A DNA stretch of 64,000 bases from Fimbriosthenelais zetlandica. Taxonomy: Eukaryota. The notes beneath the pieces were generated by a model. It saw only the letters and a list, made by a program, of their open reading frames with translations. It was not told the DNA's origin and did no database searches. Where the stretch lies: positions 3,348,001 through 3,412,000 of the forward strand of contig OZ365118.1 in NCBI GenBank assembly GCA_977030845.1, written 5' to 3'. Each line of letters starts with the position of its first letter. Position 1 is the first letter of the stretch. Both the position numbers and the translations under genes were made by a program. Positions 1 to 13,800 of the stretch are shown here, piece by piece.

Positions 1-670
1 AACCTCACAAATAAGATACCGATCATGACAGTAGCAACAATTGATCAAACAAATAATTTACACTGACAATTGGTCTCTGATCCACTGTACAAGTTGGTAA
101 AGGGTTTAAGTAAGTTTGGGGTATAATAATATACAGTAGAACCTCACAAATAAGATACCGATCATGACAGTAGCAACAATTGATCAAACAAATAATTTAC
201 ACTGACAATTGGTCTCTGATCCACTGTACAAGTTGGTAAAGGGTTTAAGTAAGTTTGGGGTATAATAATATACAGTAGAACCTCACAAATAAGATACCGA
301 TCATGACAGTAGCAACAATTGATCAAACAAATAATTTACACTGACAATTGGTCTCTGATCCACTGTACAAGTTGGTAAAGGGTTTAAGTAAGTTTGGGGT
401 ATAATAATATACAGTAGAACCTCACAAATAAGATACCGATTATGACAGTAGCAACAATTGATCAAACAAATAATTTACACTGACAATTGGTCTCTGATCC
501 ACTGTACAAGTTGGTAAAGGGTTTAAGTAAGTTTGAGGTATAATAATATATAGTAGAACCTCACAAATAAGATAACCGATCATGACAGTAGCAACAATTG
601 ATCAAATAATTTACACTGACAAGTGGTCTCTGATCCACTGTACAAGTTGGTAAAGGGTTTAAGTAAGTTG
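1..670. repeat. 139-bp tandem satellite, about 4.8 copies, probably continuing left of the window
   Basis: Unit AACCTCACAAATAAGATACC... restarts at 1, 140, 279, 418 and 557. The first three copies are identical; later copies carry substitutions and small indels. Confidence 0.95.
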
Positions 671-989
671 GAGAGTTTTATCAGTGATAGGTAACAGAGT
701 TCCTTGCCTGTCTTATAGTGTGGCTTCACTAGGAGCACTGAATGGCTTCCATCATTAGCTCACCTAGAGTAGATGATGAGCAGCTCGTGGAGCATCATAC
801 ACACCATACACGGCTGGCGGATTACACCTGAGGCTATAAAGCCGGGGGTCCACCGCCCAGCTCACATTAATCTTAATCTTCATCATATCAAAAGATGATT
901 ATCACTTTGGCGGGGTGGCTGTGTATTAAGAGAACATATATCGAGGATAGTGGTTGCTTACTGGGCACGGCTCAGCATTCTCACACTGA

Positions 990-1594
990 CTGAAAACTAT
1001 GTAATTTTGTCGATTTTTCAGTAGATTTATTTTCAGTTTCCAGAACAACTGCAGTAATTAGTATTTCAGCAATTTTTACATTCAATATTCAAAGAACGTC
1101 AACCACCTATGTCATGCATATATAATTAAAGACAATTGTATCGGTTAGTTTCCATGGTGATAAGGGCAAAAAGGAACATTCACATAACAGATAAACAGAG
1201 TGTGAGTATATGTAAAGGAGCGGGGCTAAGGAGCGCGGGCGGGGCTAAGGAGCGCGGGCAAGGCTAGGAAATGCATGCAAAGCATGGCTTAATGCATACA
1301 GATCAGAGCAGCGCAAGCGGGCCATAGCAGCGCAAGCGGGCCATAGCAGCGCAAGGTATTGACCTGACCAGAAAGAGGAAGGGTGCAGAGAGGAGGATGT
1401 GGATGTTGCATTTCGCCCTTATCACCATGGAAACTATCCAATACAATTGTCTTAAATTACATATGCATGACCTAGGTGGTTGACGTACCTTGAATATTGA
1501 ATTAAAAATTGCTGAAATACCAAATGCTGCAGTTGCTATGGAAGCTGAAAACATGTCTTTGCTGAAAAATCGACAAAAATTACAGAGTTTTCAG
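990..1594. mobile_element. Foldback / MITE-like element with about 190-bp inverted arms
   Basis: 990-1185 is an imperfect reverse complement of about 1400-1594 (e.g. GTTTCCATGGTGATAAGGGC vs GCCCTTATCACCATGGAAAC; TGTCGATTTTTCAG vs CTGAAAAATCGACA). The centre has short GC repeats (GGGGCTAAGGAGCGCGGGC x2, CAGCGCAAGCGGGCCATAG x2). No transposase ORF. Confidence 0.75.
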
Positions 1595-1825
1595 GTTGCC
1601 AAGATAACCAGTTAATCAGGATAATTTCGAACGCCCTCTGGGAATATATGAGGAATGACATGCCCATATGGATCTACAAATACAATATAACGGCTCTACA
1701 ATGTTTCTAGAAACTTCACTTCGAGGTTGTCCTCTGGCACCACCGTCAGCTATGTGTCGTCAGCTTTATTTCCACTTCCTGTTTCTGTAACACTTCACTT
1801 CGCCGGTAGATCACAATATTATTGT

Positions 1826-4800
1826 CTATTGTCCATAATTAATGATTTCAAAGTTCGCTTGAAAGCTTTTCGAAATGAAATGGATCATTTCGATAGTGGT
1901 CATTGAACGTTGGTGTTGTTGAAATGCTCGGTGGTTGCAGTCTCTTGTCAGCAGGCATGCGGCATACGCAGCACAGATGTTGGATCCTTGCGATTTTAAG
2001 ATGTAGCTGTAAAGAAGGAAAAAGTTCAATAAGTGATGGGATATTCGAAAGACATTTGGAAAAGTAAACAAGTAATTATTGCCGTAGTCTAATTAAGGTG
2101 TCTAAAATTGTCACGGCTCTACAATGTTACGTCTCTACAATATCACAGCTCTACAATATTATGGCTCTACATTTGGGAGAGGTGGACACTAAACTAGTAA
2201 TTATTGCCGTAGCCTAATTAAGGTTTCTATAATTGCTTCTCGGGTGGCTCTCCTTAATCTGCCTGTATGGATGTTAATGTAAACCTACCTCTCTGTCGTC
2301 TTGTTGGTGATGTAAGCCCAGTGCATGAATGTACCCATGGATCCGGACAGGAGATCGCCCTGTCCTCCACACCTCCGAGGGCTGCCCTCCACACTACATC
2401 TCACCACTGCCAACAAAGAAAAATACACCTGTTAATTAGATATTATATTTAATGCTGAAAAGGAGTAATAGTTAGATAATCTATAAAGTAAACAAGTAAA
2501 CAAGCAAATAAGCAATGAATAAGCACCATTCATAACTGGTTATGGTTCCCTTGTAGTGGAGATTCCTTTTGAAAGACTAATTTCTCTTTTGCGATAAATG
2601 AATGCAAAGATGGGTTTACGGTAAGGGTAGTGGAGGTTTTATGGTAAACACAAGCACACACCGGTGTGATATCTAAGGGATTTATATGAAGTTATATGAA
2701 TTTATAATGATTTCTGACATAACATAACTAATATACATATATGAGCGAATGGTTTAAAACAAGAAATAAAGTTTAATAAAAGATATTTACCATACGGGAA
2801 GGTATAATGCTAGAAGGTATAATTATGTAAAGGTGTGTTGGATATGGCATGTCGGGTTGGTGTGTGCGTGAGTGTATGGAGTGTGTCATGTGACTGGGCT
2901 ATTTATAACGTATTGCTATTTAGAAGTGAACTTATTTTAGATCTTACTATAGGAACTTAGAAATATAAGAAATTCGTATCAAATGGAATTGAAATATTAT
3001 CAGGAATTAAATTATTATAATAAAACAAATGTAACAGTTTTTGTATTTGTTAAGTTGTAATACATTTGATACGACTTAACAGTTGTAATTTCCTCTGCAA
3101 TAAGTGTTTATGGCAAAATTAATCTTTCAAAAGGAATCCCCACTACAAGGGAGCCATAACCTTAATATACAGTTAAGAATGGGCAAGGTTTTAAATATAA
3201 CTTTCTTATATTGTGATATCAAAATCTTAGATACACTGAGACACATAAGTGATTTCAATTTGATTTCACAGGGAACACAACTTACAATATCACAATACAA
3301 TATCAACATTAAACCTGAAAAGGAGAATATTAGCTAGATAATCTATTATTGGTCTGAATATAACATAATTATCATTTTGTCAAAACTTTTCCATGAGTCC
3401 CACGACATTCTCAGGACTTTGCAGTAGGCCTAATACATTGTTTTCATACAAGGTGCATGGTTCTAACAACAAATATTATAATTTTTGTCCTGGAAAGCAC
3501 TGGGGGTGGGGCGGGTTAGAGAGGTGGGGGGGGGGGGCAGTAAGAAGCCCTGTAGTCTCGGGGATACCAGTGATGTTTTCCCACCTTACACCAGAGGGTG
3601 TCTTTCCGGTATACATTGTTAATGACATGCTTTCCGTTATGTATAAGTTTTGCTGCTTCAGGCAGGAAACCTTTTGTTTAGACCTCCTGTCTCAAAGGTC
3701 AGAGTAATGTCAAAGAGAAGAGGGAATATAATATGGTTGTCAGGGCCCTACCCCTCACATCCACCTCAGCTACTGCCTTGTTATACTTAAATAATTACAA
3801 GACAGCAGGGTACAGAAGGGTAAAACCCAACATGGCCGTCAAAGATCAGGGCACAATATTGTGACACTTTTATCAGTCAGGGGAACAGCAGGGAATTTGG
3901 GAAAAATAGCTTAAATCTGGAGGGAAAATAAGAGAATTTGATGTGCCTATATTGGTGGGAGTTAGAAGGTACAATTCTTATATTTTGGAAGTTAACTGCA
4001 GTAATGGCGCTTCCTGGCTTGCACTGATGATCTGATGACCTTGGTTGTATAGGTGAGCGCCTGGGGCATCTCTATCCCTGCATGATCATGTATATCACAG
4101 ATTAAGTACTGAGGGCAAACTCTTAATGAAACCATGTAATTACCCACACATCACACATTACAGTACAAATGTGAAAAAAAAACTAACTAAATCTCCGGTA
4201 AAGCTGTCAATATCAAGAGGTTTTTCTTATAAGATTATAAAATGGTTACTTTTAAAATTAGACAATATCAGGGGGCATGAGGATAGTGACCAAGGGACGG
4301 ATTGAGAGCCAGGAGATCAGGGAATTTTAAACCCTAAACAAAGATGAAAGTAAGGAAATGATGAAGTAGTAATCCATGTCAGAGTTCAGCCCCCCGGCAT
4401 CCATCAGCTGGCTAGAGCCTTAAAGGCTTTGTTTAATAATTCACAGGGAGGAACAGGGAGGTAGTAGTTTTTGTATTATCCAGCTTTTATATTAATGATA
4501 ATGGGCGGTGAGTTTTCTTATTCACGGGGAATAATATGATCCATCTCCAGACCTCCACATCTGTGCCGGGAATAAGAAAGTCTCATCTTATCCTTAGTGT
4601 CACAATAAATTTTCCTCAAACTCAATTTGAGACCACCTCTTCATTTCCCATTAAAATTTAACTACTGTTTCTTATGTATAACGAGGCATAATATTGATGG
4701 TCTATCTGAGGAGGAATCTCAGGATTGTGGAGAGGCTTGAATGATAGCTCGACTGTCCGTTAAGGCTAAATGGTCACTGTAAGGGGTTGGTCTACTCTAT

Positions 4801-7800
4801 AAAAAAACAGGTTACTTCCGTCTGTGGGAGGGAAGTCTGTCCATGGGAGGGAAGTCTGTCCGTGGGAGGGAAGTCTGTCCATGGGAGGGAAGTCTGTCCG
4901 TGGGAGGGAAGTCTGTCCATGGGAGGGAAGTCCGTCTGTGGGAGGGAAGTCCGTCCTCGGGAGGGAAGTCTGTCACGTGATTACCGGCTCATTTATCCAC
5001 CAGACGTCGTCTACGTGATGAGCTGAGTCATGGTGTGACGTCACTAGACGTCAGATACAGGGCACGTCATCATACACCAGGTGGCGTGTTGATCTACTAT
5101 AAGTCGCCACCAGGGGCCGCCACTGGTCACAAGCTACCAGCACGCCCACATGTCAATGATACGATTAATCGATGACAACCATTCATCGATCCTCCTACAA
5201 ATCAATAGCTGATCTCAGGGGGGCGAGGGGAGCATGATATAGGCTGGTTCTCTCCCTCTCCTCTCTCATTCTCTCTCCCTTAAGTGTCCTGCGTGGACTG
5301 GCATCTCAAGAGATGGATTGTCCCGCAGGTATTATGGAGGTGTTGTGTGCCTACTGTAGACAGGAGGGAAGAGGAGAAGGGTGGTCTCTGTAAGCTGGTG
5401 GGTGGGATGAAGAGGAGAAGGGTGGGAGAAGAGGTGAAGGGTGGGAGAAGAGGTGAAGGGTGGTCTCTGTAAGGTGGTGGGTGGGATGAAGAGAAGAAGG
5501 GTGGAAGAAGAGGTGAGGGGTGGGATGAAGAGGAGAAGGGTGGTCTCTGTTAGCTGGTGGGTGGGATAAAGGGTGGGATGAAGAGAAGAAGGGTGGAAGA
5601 AGAGGTGAAGGGTGGGAGAAGAGGTGAAGGGTGGGAGAAGAGGTGAGGGGTGGAAAAAGAGGTGAGGGGTGGAAGAAGAGGTGAGGGGTGGGAGAAGAGG
5701 TATCAAGGAGGTTGGTAAAAGAGATGAGGGAAAGGGTGGTTGGGTAGGGAAAGAAAGCAAATTAGAGGCGAGGGGGAGGGGGAGAAAGAATAGGAAGAAA
5801 CTTAAATGAAAGGAAAAAGATTAAGTTGAGGATCAAGTACAGCAGAATAATTAGGAGGGATTGAATTGGTATTCCACATAAGAGTAGAGAGGGAGGGGTG
5901 GGGTGGGATGGGGTAGGGTGGGGGTAGTGTAGGGGGTGGGGGTAGGGTAGGGGGTAGGGTAGGGTAGGGGTGGGGATAGGATGGGGGTAGGGTAGGGGGT
6001 GGTGGGGGTAGGGTAGGGGGTGGGGGTAGTGTAGGGGGTGGGGGTAGTGTAGGGGGTGGGGATAGGGTAGGGGATAGGGTAGGGTAGGGGTGGGGATAGG
6101 GTGGGGGTAGGGTAGGGGGTGGTGGGGGTAGGGTAGGGGGTGGTGGGGGTAGGGTAGGGGGTGGTGGGGGTAGGGTAGGGTAGGGGTGGTGGGGGTAGTG
6201 TAGGGGGTGGGGGTAGTGTAGGGGGTGGGGATAGGGGGTGGTGGGGGTAGGGTAGGGTAGGGGTGGTGGGGGTAGGGTAGGGGGTGGGGGTAGGGTAGGG
6301 GGTGGGATGGGGTAGGGTAGGGGGTGGGATGGGGTAGGGTAGGGGGTGGTGGGGAGCATGTCAGTTTGACCGTGCTGGAGTCACTATGAGGAGGATGATA
6401 CCACTACTTGGCTATGACAGATCACATGCCTTACACCTCCCATGCAATCTGGGCATTACCCCAGTCTCCAGTGTGTGTAGATATAATGCTTCTCATCCCA
6501 TCCCCCGCCCCCGGGACCTGACGGGAGCGGGAGGAACTAATCACCTGAAAATGGCCAAGTGACAGACATGGGAAGAGAGGAATGGCCGGCAGATAGGAGC
6601 ATGATTTAACGAGGGGCTGTGTATAACAGATGTACGAGGAAATTACAATTAGTCCCTTAACAGAACGAGTTTCTCCTCTCACATTACAGTGGGAATAATG
6701 GCCTGTTTAGAAATCAATTGATTCTCTCAGGGAACTCACAAAAAGTGTGCGGGGATTTAGAGGGCATCTGGGAGAGCTGCCTCAGAGTGAAGGATGCTTT
6801 TCATTTATGATGGCCTTGAGAACAGATATTGGGGAACAGCAGATACGTGATCACCAAGTGACACGAAGTCCTACTACATCTAATAACAGAGTTTATCTGG
6901 TCATATAGTCACGGCTTATAGCGGGGTATTATATATGGACTCATTCATTATAGGTTTATATGGGAATGATATATTAACAGGGTTATGTATGATATATTAA
7001 CAGGGTTATGTATGATATATTCACAGGGTTATGTATGATATGTTTCCATAAGGAAGGACCATTAACACTAGGCTTGGTTTTCTCATCCATATTGCCTTCC
7101 CTCTCACACCAAAACAGGCCCCAATTTGCATGGGATTTATAAGAATTAATGGCACCGTTTTCTTTTCCAATTAATCAGATTCAACTGAGCTATTATTTAA
7201 GGCATGTCGTACTCATATCAGACAGGGTGCATTAGGGTCCCGTTTGAAAAGCCTCCTCCATCCTGCCCAAACCAGACATGTTTTCCGGCAGTGGTGGCCG
7301 ATAATTTTGTCCGAGGGGAAAAAACCTCTCCGCAAATGAGAAAATCACAGAGGAAATAATAAAAAGGGGATCAAAAAGATTGAAGGAAACTTGTTGTCCA
7401 GCGGCCATCTTGGGAGGCGAGACAGGGGTCTGATGATGTCAGGGCAATTGCTTTTTTTGTTTTTTTTTGTAGGGGAGTGGCGGGGGGGGTCTGATTGTAT
7501 TATTATTTCTTAGGGAATAGAGAATGAGGGCCTGAAAGACTGGGTCAGTACGATAAGGACTTGTCATGTGTAGGACAGCTTGATGGGGATCTGAAGGGTG
7601 CAGTATCCATAGAAACCTAGCATGAAAGAGGCCTGGGGGGACTCAGAAGTGAGCTATAAAATACCCTCTAACAGGCTCATTGGGGATCAAAACTGTATGA
7701 TGTCCCAACCATAAAAACAAACATAGCTAGCCCCGGGCTTTCACTGTCAAATGTATATCCAACATACAACTACAATATTGATAAGTACAAAGACATAAAG

Positions 7801-10800
7801 CAGTGCTGAAAAGATGGGCTTAGCATCATGCGCAAATGCCAAAAGGCTAGAAACTGACCCTGGGATAGGGTGGCATACAACAAGAACGCATCGAAAAATG
7901 AGAAATCAAATGATGAGTCATGTTTCAGCTTTAGGGTATTATTATAATAGAATGTATCTATAAACTCTAACATAAACTAACATAGCAGCAGCTGACCGGG
8001 GTCACGGGCCGTACACTGCCGGAGGGGGTTTACAGTAATAGCCGGGGTGGGAATTAACACAAATCCTACAAGAATCCAGATGCATCATCCTGATTAGCCG
8101 CACACACTCATTCCCCCATCACACTTAACCCACGAATCATGGTTATTAAGCATACCCATCTCCTGTGGGATTTACCCAAAATGGAGGTCAAACATGTTGT
8201 GATGATTGATGTTGTTGGGGGTAAATAAGCCCTCATTCAGTCTCTTATCTTCATATTTATATCACCAGATTCACCTCAAGGTGAATGACCGAACACCAAT
8301 GACATGTCATGATCCATATTAAAATGTTAAATATTTATTCTTCTTTAAAACTGAACTTAAACCAAGTGAAGTACCTCCCATAGAAACTCTGAATACATTA
8401 TTAAATATATAACAGGTTTCCACAACATTAAAAGTTAATATATTCAAATAAGAAATCTTCCCTTATTTTAATCAGGTGTGAAATTCTTATTAAGAAAATC
8501 TTCCGCAACTAAAAAGCCCGTTTAGTTTTTGAGTAACGCACAGGGAAGAGAAGCAAACTTCTAGACTGTCTGCTGGCGACAGGAATGATTCAACATGGAA
8601 ATCTTTTCAGTCGTAGAAAAAAGTGTGGAGCGGAGGTGGAGGAAAAATGTGCGCGTGAGAGGCAAACACGGGCCTATGTGGCTGGCATGCTGCGTTTTAA
8701 TCCGGGAGCCAGAGGCGCTTCACACTTTACTTTACTTGCTTTTCAATAGTCAGGGTTTTTAAGGCATGCAACTGGTTATACACATTGATGCATATTATAT
8801 ACACTCATATGTGTATTGATATAATGTATATATATCCAGCTGTAGCAGCTTCTGAGTAGAAATGGATATTTTTTTACTGAGAGAGGGAGAGAGGAGAGAG
8901 AGACAGAGAGAGACGTCAGAGAGAGACAGAGAGACAGAGACAGAGAGACAGAGGGATGGAGAGATGCGACTACTGCCAGGCATGTAGCATTAATCAGAAG
9001 TCGTGTCACACAGACTAAAATCATGTCAGAAAGAAAGTCTAAATCACTGTCAGAGAGGAGAGCTATACACGGGCTGAATGCCATCCGTTTCTGTTCTTTA
9101 TTTCAGGCCTGATCAATTGATCAATCAAAGGCTATAAGTCTCCTCTGTTGGAAGAAATATACACCAGTCTCCAATGTAGACAAGGGGCCTATTATTCAGT
9201 CTATATTATTGTCATTTACAACAAAAGTCCTAGTGATATATCTCCATGCAAATTATAGACTTTAACACATAACCATATCTCCTCTCCATATAAAGTACTT
9301 TAATTAAATCTATATCAAAACGTTTAACAGAACGTCTCTATACCCTACATGTGTCCCACTTGTGATTCAACTGAAATATTCTAAACGCTTCTATGAAAAC
9401 TAGTTCTAAAAGGCTGGTTGAAACGATCGCCTACCTAAAATATGAATGGCTGATAAAAGTAGAGATTGGATCTATCTGTTTGGCGTGTTGGACGGCAGGC
9501 AGATAGAGGCGCGCTACCTTGGGAATTACGGACACAATTAGCAGGAAAATAAATCGATAAGGATCATCAACAAAGTGCTTCAAAGACACCATGCCGTTTG
9601 TTGAGAAACAAAGTTTCTCTTCAAAGCGGTCTCAAGTCCCTCTCCAAATGGAAATTGGCAAATGTTTCATTTCACATCGTCCACGATGGTTTTCCATCCA
9701 ATTTACTCCTCAAACTAATCACAGAATTAGGGAAATCAAAAATCTGCTGAATGATTTCAGTCTTTCACAGATAATGTTTCCTCTGATCTCATTAAATTTG
9801 AGAGAAGACTATCTCAGCGTAGGACGGGATGAGTAACCCATCATCTAGTATTAAGGCATAATGGGCCCACTGCAGGTCCTACCTATTGATATTTTAATAT
9901 AACAAAAGTAAATAATACATTTCCAAATTACATTGAATTGATTAGTTCTAAGAGTAATATAAGTTGTTTCTTGTCATACTCAATGAATATATCTGCCCCA
10001 GACTATGTCACATTAGTCTCAGACAAATGCTACCAAAAAAAAGAAGGTGAAAAAAAAGAAAGAAATCTCAGCTAGTGAAAGGAGGAGAGACAAATTTACT
10101 TTAGAGGATTGCCATGCATACACCTATAGGTCATACGGTGATCGTTTTCAGCTCATCCATCTTAGTGAGTTTTGAGAGAGAAGAAGAGGAGGGGGGAGGA
10201 GAGCAGAGAGAGTGATGGATGGTTTTCCAGACCTATCTGCTATCATTCCATTTGTATTATGTAGGCTGGTCACGCAGCCCGCCCCCCCCCCACCCCCCCC
10301 CCCCTCCCACCATTCAAATATCAAATCCATCGATTATTTTTAATGATCCTCGCGCAGTTTCAATTTGTTCACCCGTGATCTGAGGGATTTCTCTTTGTAA
10401 ATATAACAAATATTCAGCCATGTTATTTCCGTCCATTCCCGTGATTCAATGTGAGCTTCTAAATGGGATCTATGACAGGGTGGATATAGGCGGCCTATGG
10501 GATGGGGGATGGGGTGGGGAAGGGGATGGGTTTGGTTGGGGGCAGGGGTAATTTTCTTCCCTTCACTGCCCCAACCCATGCAACAGAGGCAGGAAGCAGC
10601 CTACCGTGGCCCATAAGCACCAAGCGGGCAAAAACCATTAAATCGCTGCTGCCCAGCCGAGCGGCAATTGATTCCAATTACAATATATCACATTATTAAT
10701 CACAATATGCCAAAAGATGAGACCCACACATAGCGGGGTGAGTAGTTATAATGCCTGCCACTAGAGAGCAACATATGAAGCTTGTTCTCACTTAGTGACG

Positions 10801-13800
10801 GTGCCAAAACACTGTCACCTCGGTCATAAATTTAGATGGAGCGGGGATAAATTTGTCATGTGGGAATGGGTCTTCTACCACTGCCTGATGAATAAGTTTC
10901 ACATGGCACTAAATCTCATCTTAAATCCCCTAATGTTAATTCAACGGTGGCTTCCTGGACGGGGGATGTCTCAGCTGATTTGGTTGTACGAGGAAATGAT
11001 CATTGAAGGTTGATATTAGTAATAAGGGTGGTCTGTTATAGTGTGGGGGGGGGGGGAGGGGGAGAAATGACCTCTGATCGGCGGAGGGAGGGGGAAAGGG
11101 TGAATAAGGGGGAGGGTGATAGGGAGAGACGGGGGAGGGGGATGGGGAGAGACGGAAGGATGGAGAGTGGGGATGGAGAGATGGGGAGAGAAGGAGGGAG
11201 GGAGTGGTGGGTTGAGATGGGGAGATAGTAAGACATGGCGGTGGGATATGGGTTGAGGGTAGAGTGGGTGGAGTTATATGGGTTGAGGGTAGAGTCGGGT
11301 ATAGTAAGGCACTGATTTATTGATAGTAAGCATGATATAGGTCAGACATGTAGATTATGAGATCTGGTGGCCGTCAGATGGGACCCGTCTAAGTGATCTA
11401 TTAGTGGTGTAGGGTAGAGAGATGGGTGAGGAGAGATAGAGGGGAACACGGATGTTACAAGTACACAATCACATCTACTGTCACACAATATTGTTCTACT
11501 ATTGATGATGGGTGAGGGTGAGAGGAGGGCTGGTATGCTATAATCAAGACAGAGGCTGGTCCACCTAGCTCTCTCTCACACCTCTAACACATGCTAATAT
11601 AGATGATAACATCAACATCTTCTCCCATCTCATCCACATTGTCTCATTCACATTCAGGAAACTGCAAATGTGATGGTGGAACTGCGACTGTAGTTATTGC
11701 TCAACTCCAATGGATATTTTCACCATATTGATGGTTCATATAAAGTAAGCATCACCCAACTGGGGTAACCGATACATTAGAACCCATTGAGCTTCTCACT
11801 AGATTCATGATTGATATAAATTTGAGGTAATCTCAATCTAAAATACCCATGGTTTATGAGTTCAATTTCACCAGAAAATTGGAATTCCCAAGAAAATCAA
11901 TTCAGTGAATGAATATGTCTAATCAAGCGTCGAGGCAGGCAGAGGGAAAGAAAATGATATCTATAATAAATAGTCAGGTCAAGTATGTGTACCCAACTTA
12001 TCTATTAACTATAACAAAGATAATAGATAGTGGACCTCAGTTGTGTTTAAGCTTAATAAGCATAACTGGCATGTCCTACATGTAGGTAAGTATCGTATTG
12101 ACGATCTTACTGTAGCCTTATCAATAACCAGCGAGGATTACCTGACTTTGTGAAGGACCTCCCCATTCCCCCTGTCTCTCATTACTTTCACTATTCCCCT
12201 CAGTCAACATGAAGACGCTCAGTTATAGAGATGAGAGAGGTACAACATATAAAGGTCTGACATCTCTCTATCTGCCCTTTCTACTCTCCTTCATGTCCTT
12301 CTTAATGAATCTGTCTTTAAAGGTATTGATGTACTAAGCCGACTTACCACTCGACTACTATCAGGTCTATAATACGTCTATTGGGTGATGCTTAGTTCAC
12401 CGACTAAAGTTACTAAAAAATAAATATTAAAAACTGTTAAAATACAAAGCCTCAAATGAATACATGCAACTGAGAGGGGCAAATGAGAAACTATGAGTCC
12501 AGTAGTCATATATAGAAAATAGAAAGACAATATATAACGAAAAATTGAAAATAAGGCAAGGCAAACTTTCTGCATCTCCGACAGAAGAAAGATAAATGAC
12601 TCGGGGGAGTAAGACAAAGGCAGCGCCGAGTTTCGGTGCATCATCCAAAAGACTAGGCACAACCTGGACTTTATCTTATTTGTAGTCCTCCCAGGACTGA
12701 ACCTGCTTGTTCTAATAAGTCTCCCAGACACAAAGAAGACGAGAGAAAGTGGAAGTTTTAATTCCCCTGAGGTTTAAGACACAGTCGGAGTGTCGCGATA
12801 GTCATAGACTTGGCCACGTATCTACGTGTGTATATGTTTGACCCTGACAGATATGAAGGTCCAGGAGAAGGGAACAGCTGCTATCAATACATCACTAAAA
12901 GTTCTTATCATCACAAAACTGGTTTAACAAAATAGATGAAATGGGATGAAATTGCACAATGGCGTCATCAGATTCAATAACAGTAGTGACTGGAAATAAT
13001 TAATTGTTTCCTATAGTTGAATTCGACCTGGGAGATGATATGATTTGATTTTTTTCAGATACAATTACATGTAAGTTGTTTGGATATATGGGGACAATGT
13101 TATTGAGATTTAAGCAGGCCATAAGTATTAATGATCTGGTAACAGGACAGTCGGAGTGAATGTTCACCGACTAAAGGCCATGGGAGTTTTTTTTATTGGG
13201 ATCCTATGATTGGTCTGATAATTATCCACCAGATGGATCAATCAAATTCAATCAAATTTCAGCCTGGTGATGAAAACACTAACAGATTTTATCTGAGAGA
13301 AACACAGCGTTTCAAAGTCAGGAATGTTGTCTTTAAAAAAGAGGAGGAAATCAGATTGGACTGTTACCATCATGGAGATTGGAAAAGAAAACGGTGGTTG
13401 GATGGGGATGGGAGGGGGAGGATACGAGGATGGCCAGTTTTAATCCAGTTATGTCAGCAAAACCAAGCAACTTCACGTCCAACATGAAAATAGTCAGAAC
13501 AATTAAGAGGAAGACAGATTTTCTACCATTCCGCGCGATTGATCAATACAATATTAATGAACATGAGATGTGAATCAGGGATGTCCCTTACCCCGCCCGT
13601 CGTTAATGTTATTCATTGTTCCCTTTCCGCCCATCCATAACGCCTGTTTTAACGCCTTCTCATTATAGTTATGAAATATTTGCCGGGTCAGCATTTTTGG
13701 CGTGGGCCTCAAGCCAGGTGTAAAGGCTGTTAGGACTAGCTAACAAAACCTCGCCTCTCATCCCGTCACCGCCACCGGCACCAACAATCACCGTCATAAT

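Noticed and set aside
1-670. CRISPR-like array (also considered for 62489-62610)
   Set aside because: The units are contiguous with no unique spacers, the context is eukaryotic, and there are no cas genes.
700-960. GC-richer island that might be an exon of a neighbouring gene
   Set aside because: No frame gave a recognisable protein; it cannot be assigned without the left flank.
4787-5026. Repetitive ORFs ([12 protein letters not shown])
   Set aside because: Product of the 19-bp minisatellite; the unit length is not a multiple of 3.
5802-6359. 185-aa proline-rich ORF (and the 142-aa ORF at 5332-5760) resembling extensin or formin
   Set aside because: These are translations of G-rich and purine-rich simple repeats, with no splice context or domain.
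9471-9507. Hairpin TCTATCTG...CAGATAGA as a pre-miRNA
   Set aside because: Only 37 nt long, and I recognised no conserved mature miRNA here or elsewhere in the window.
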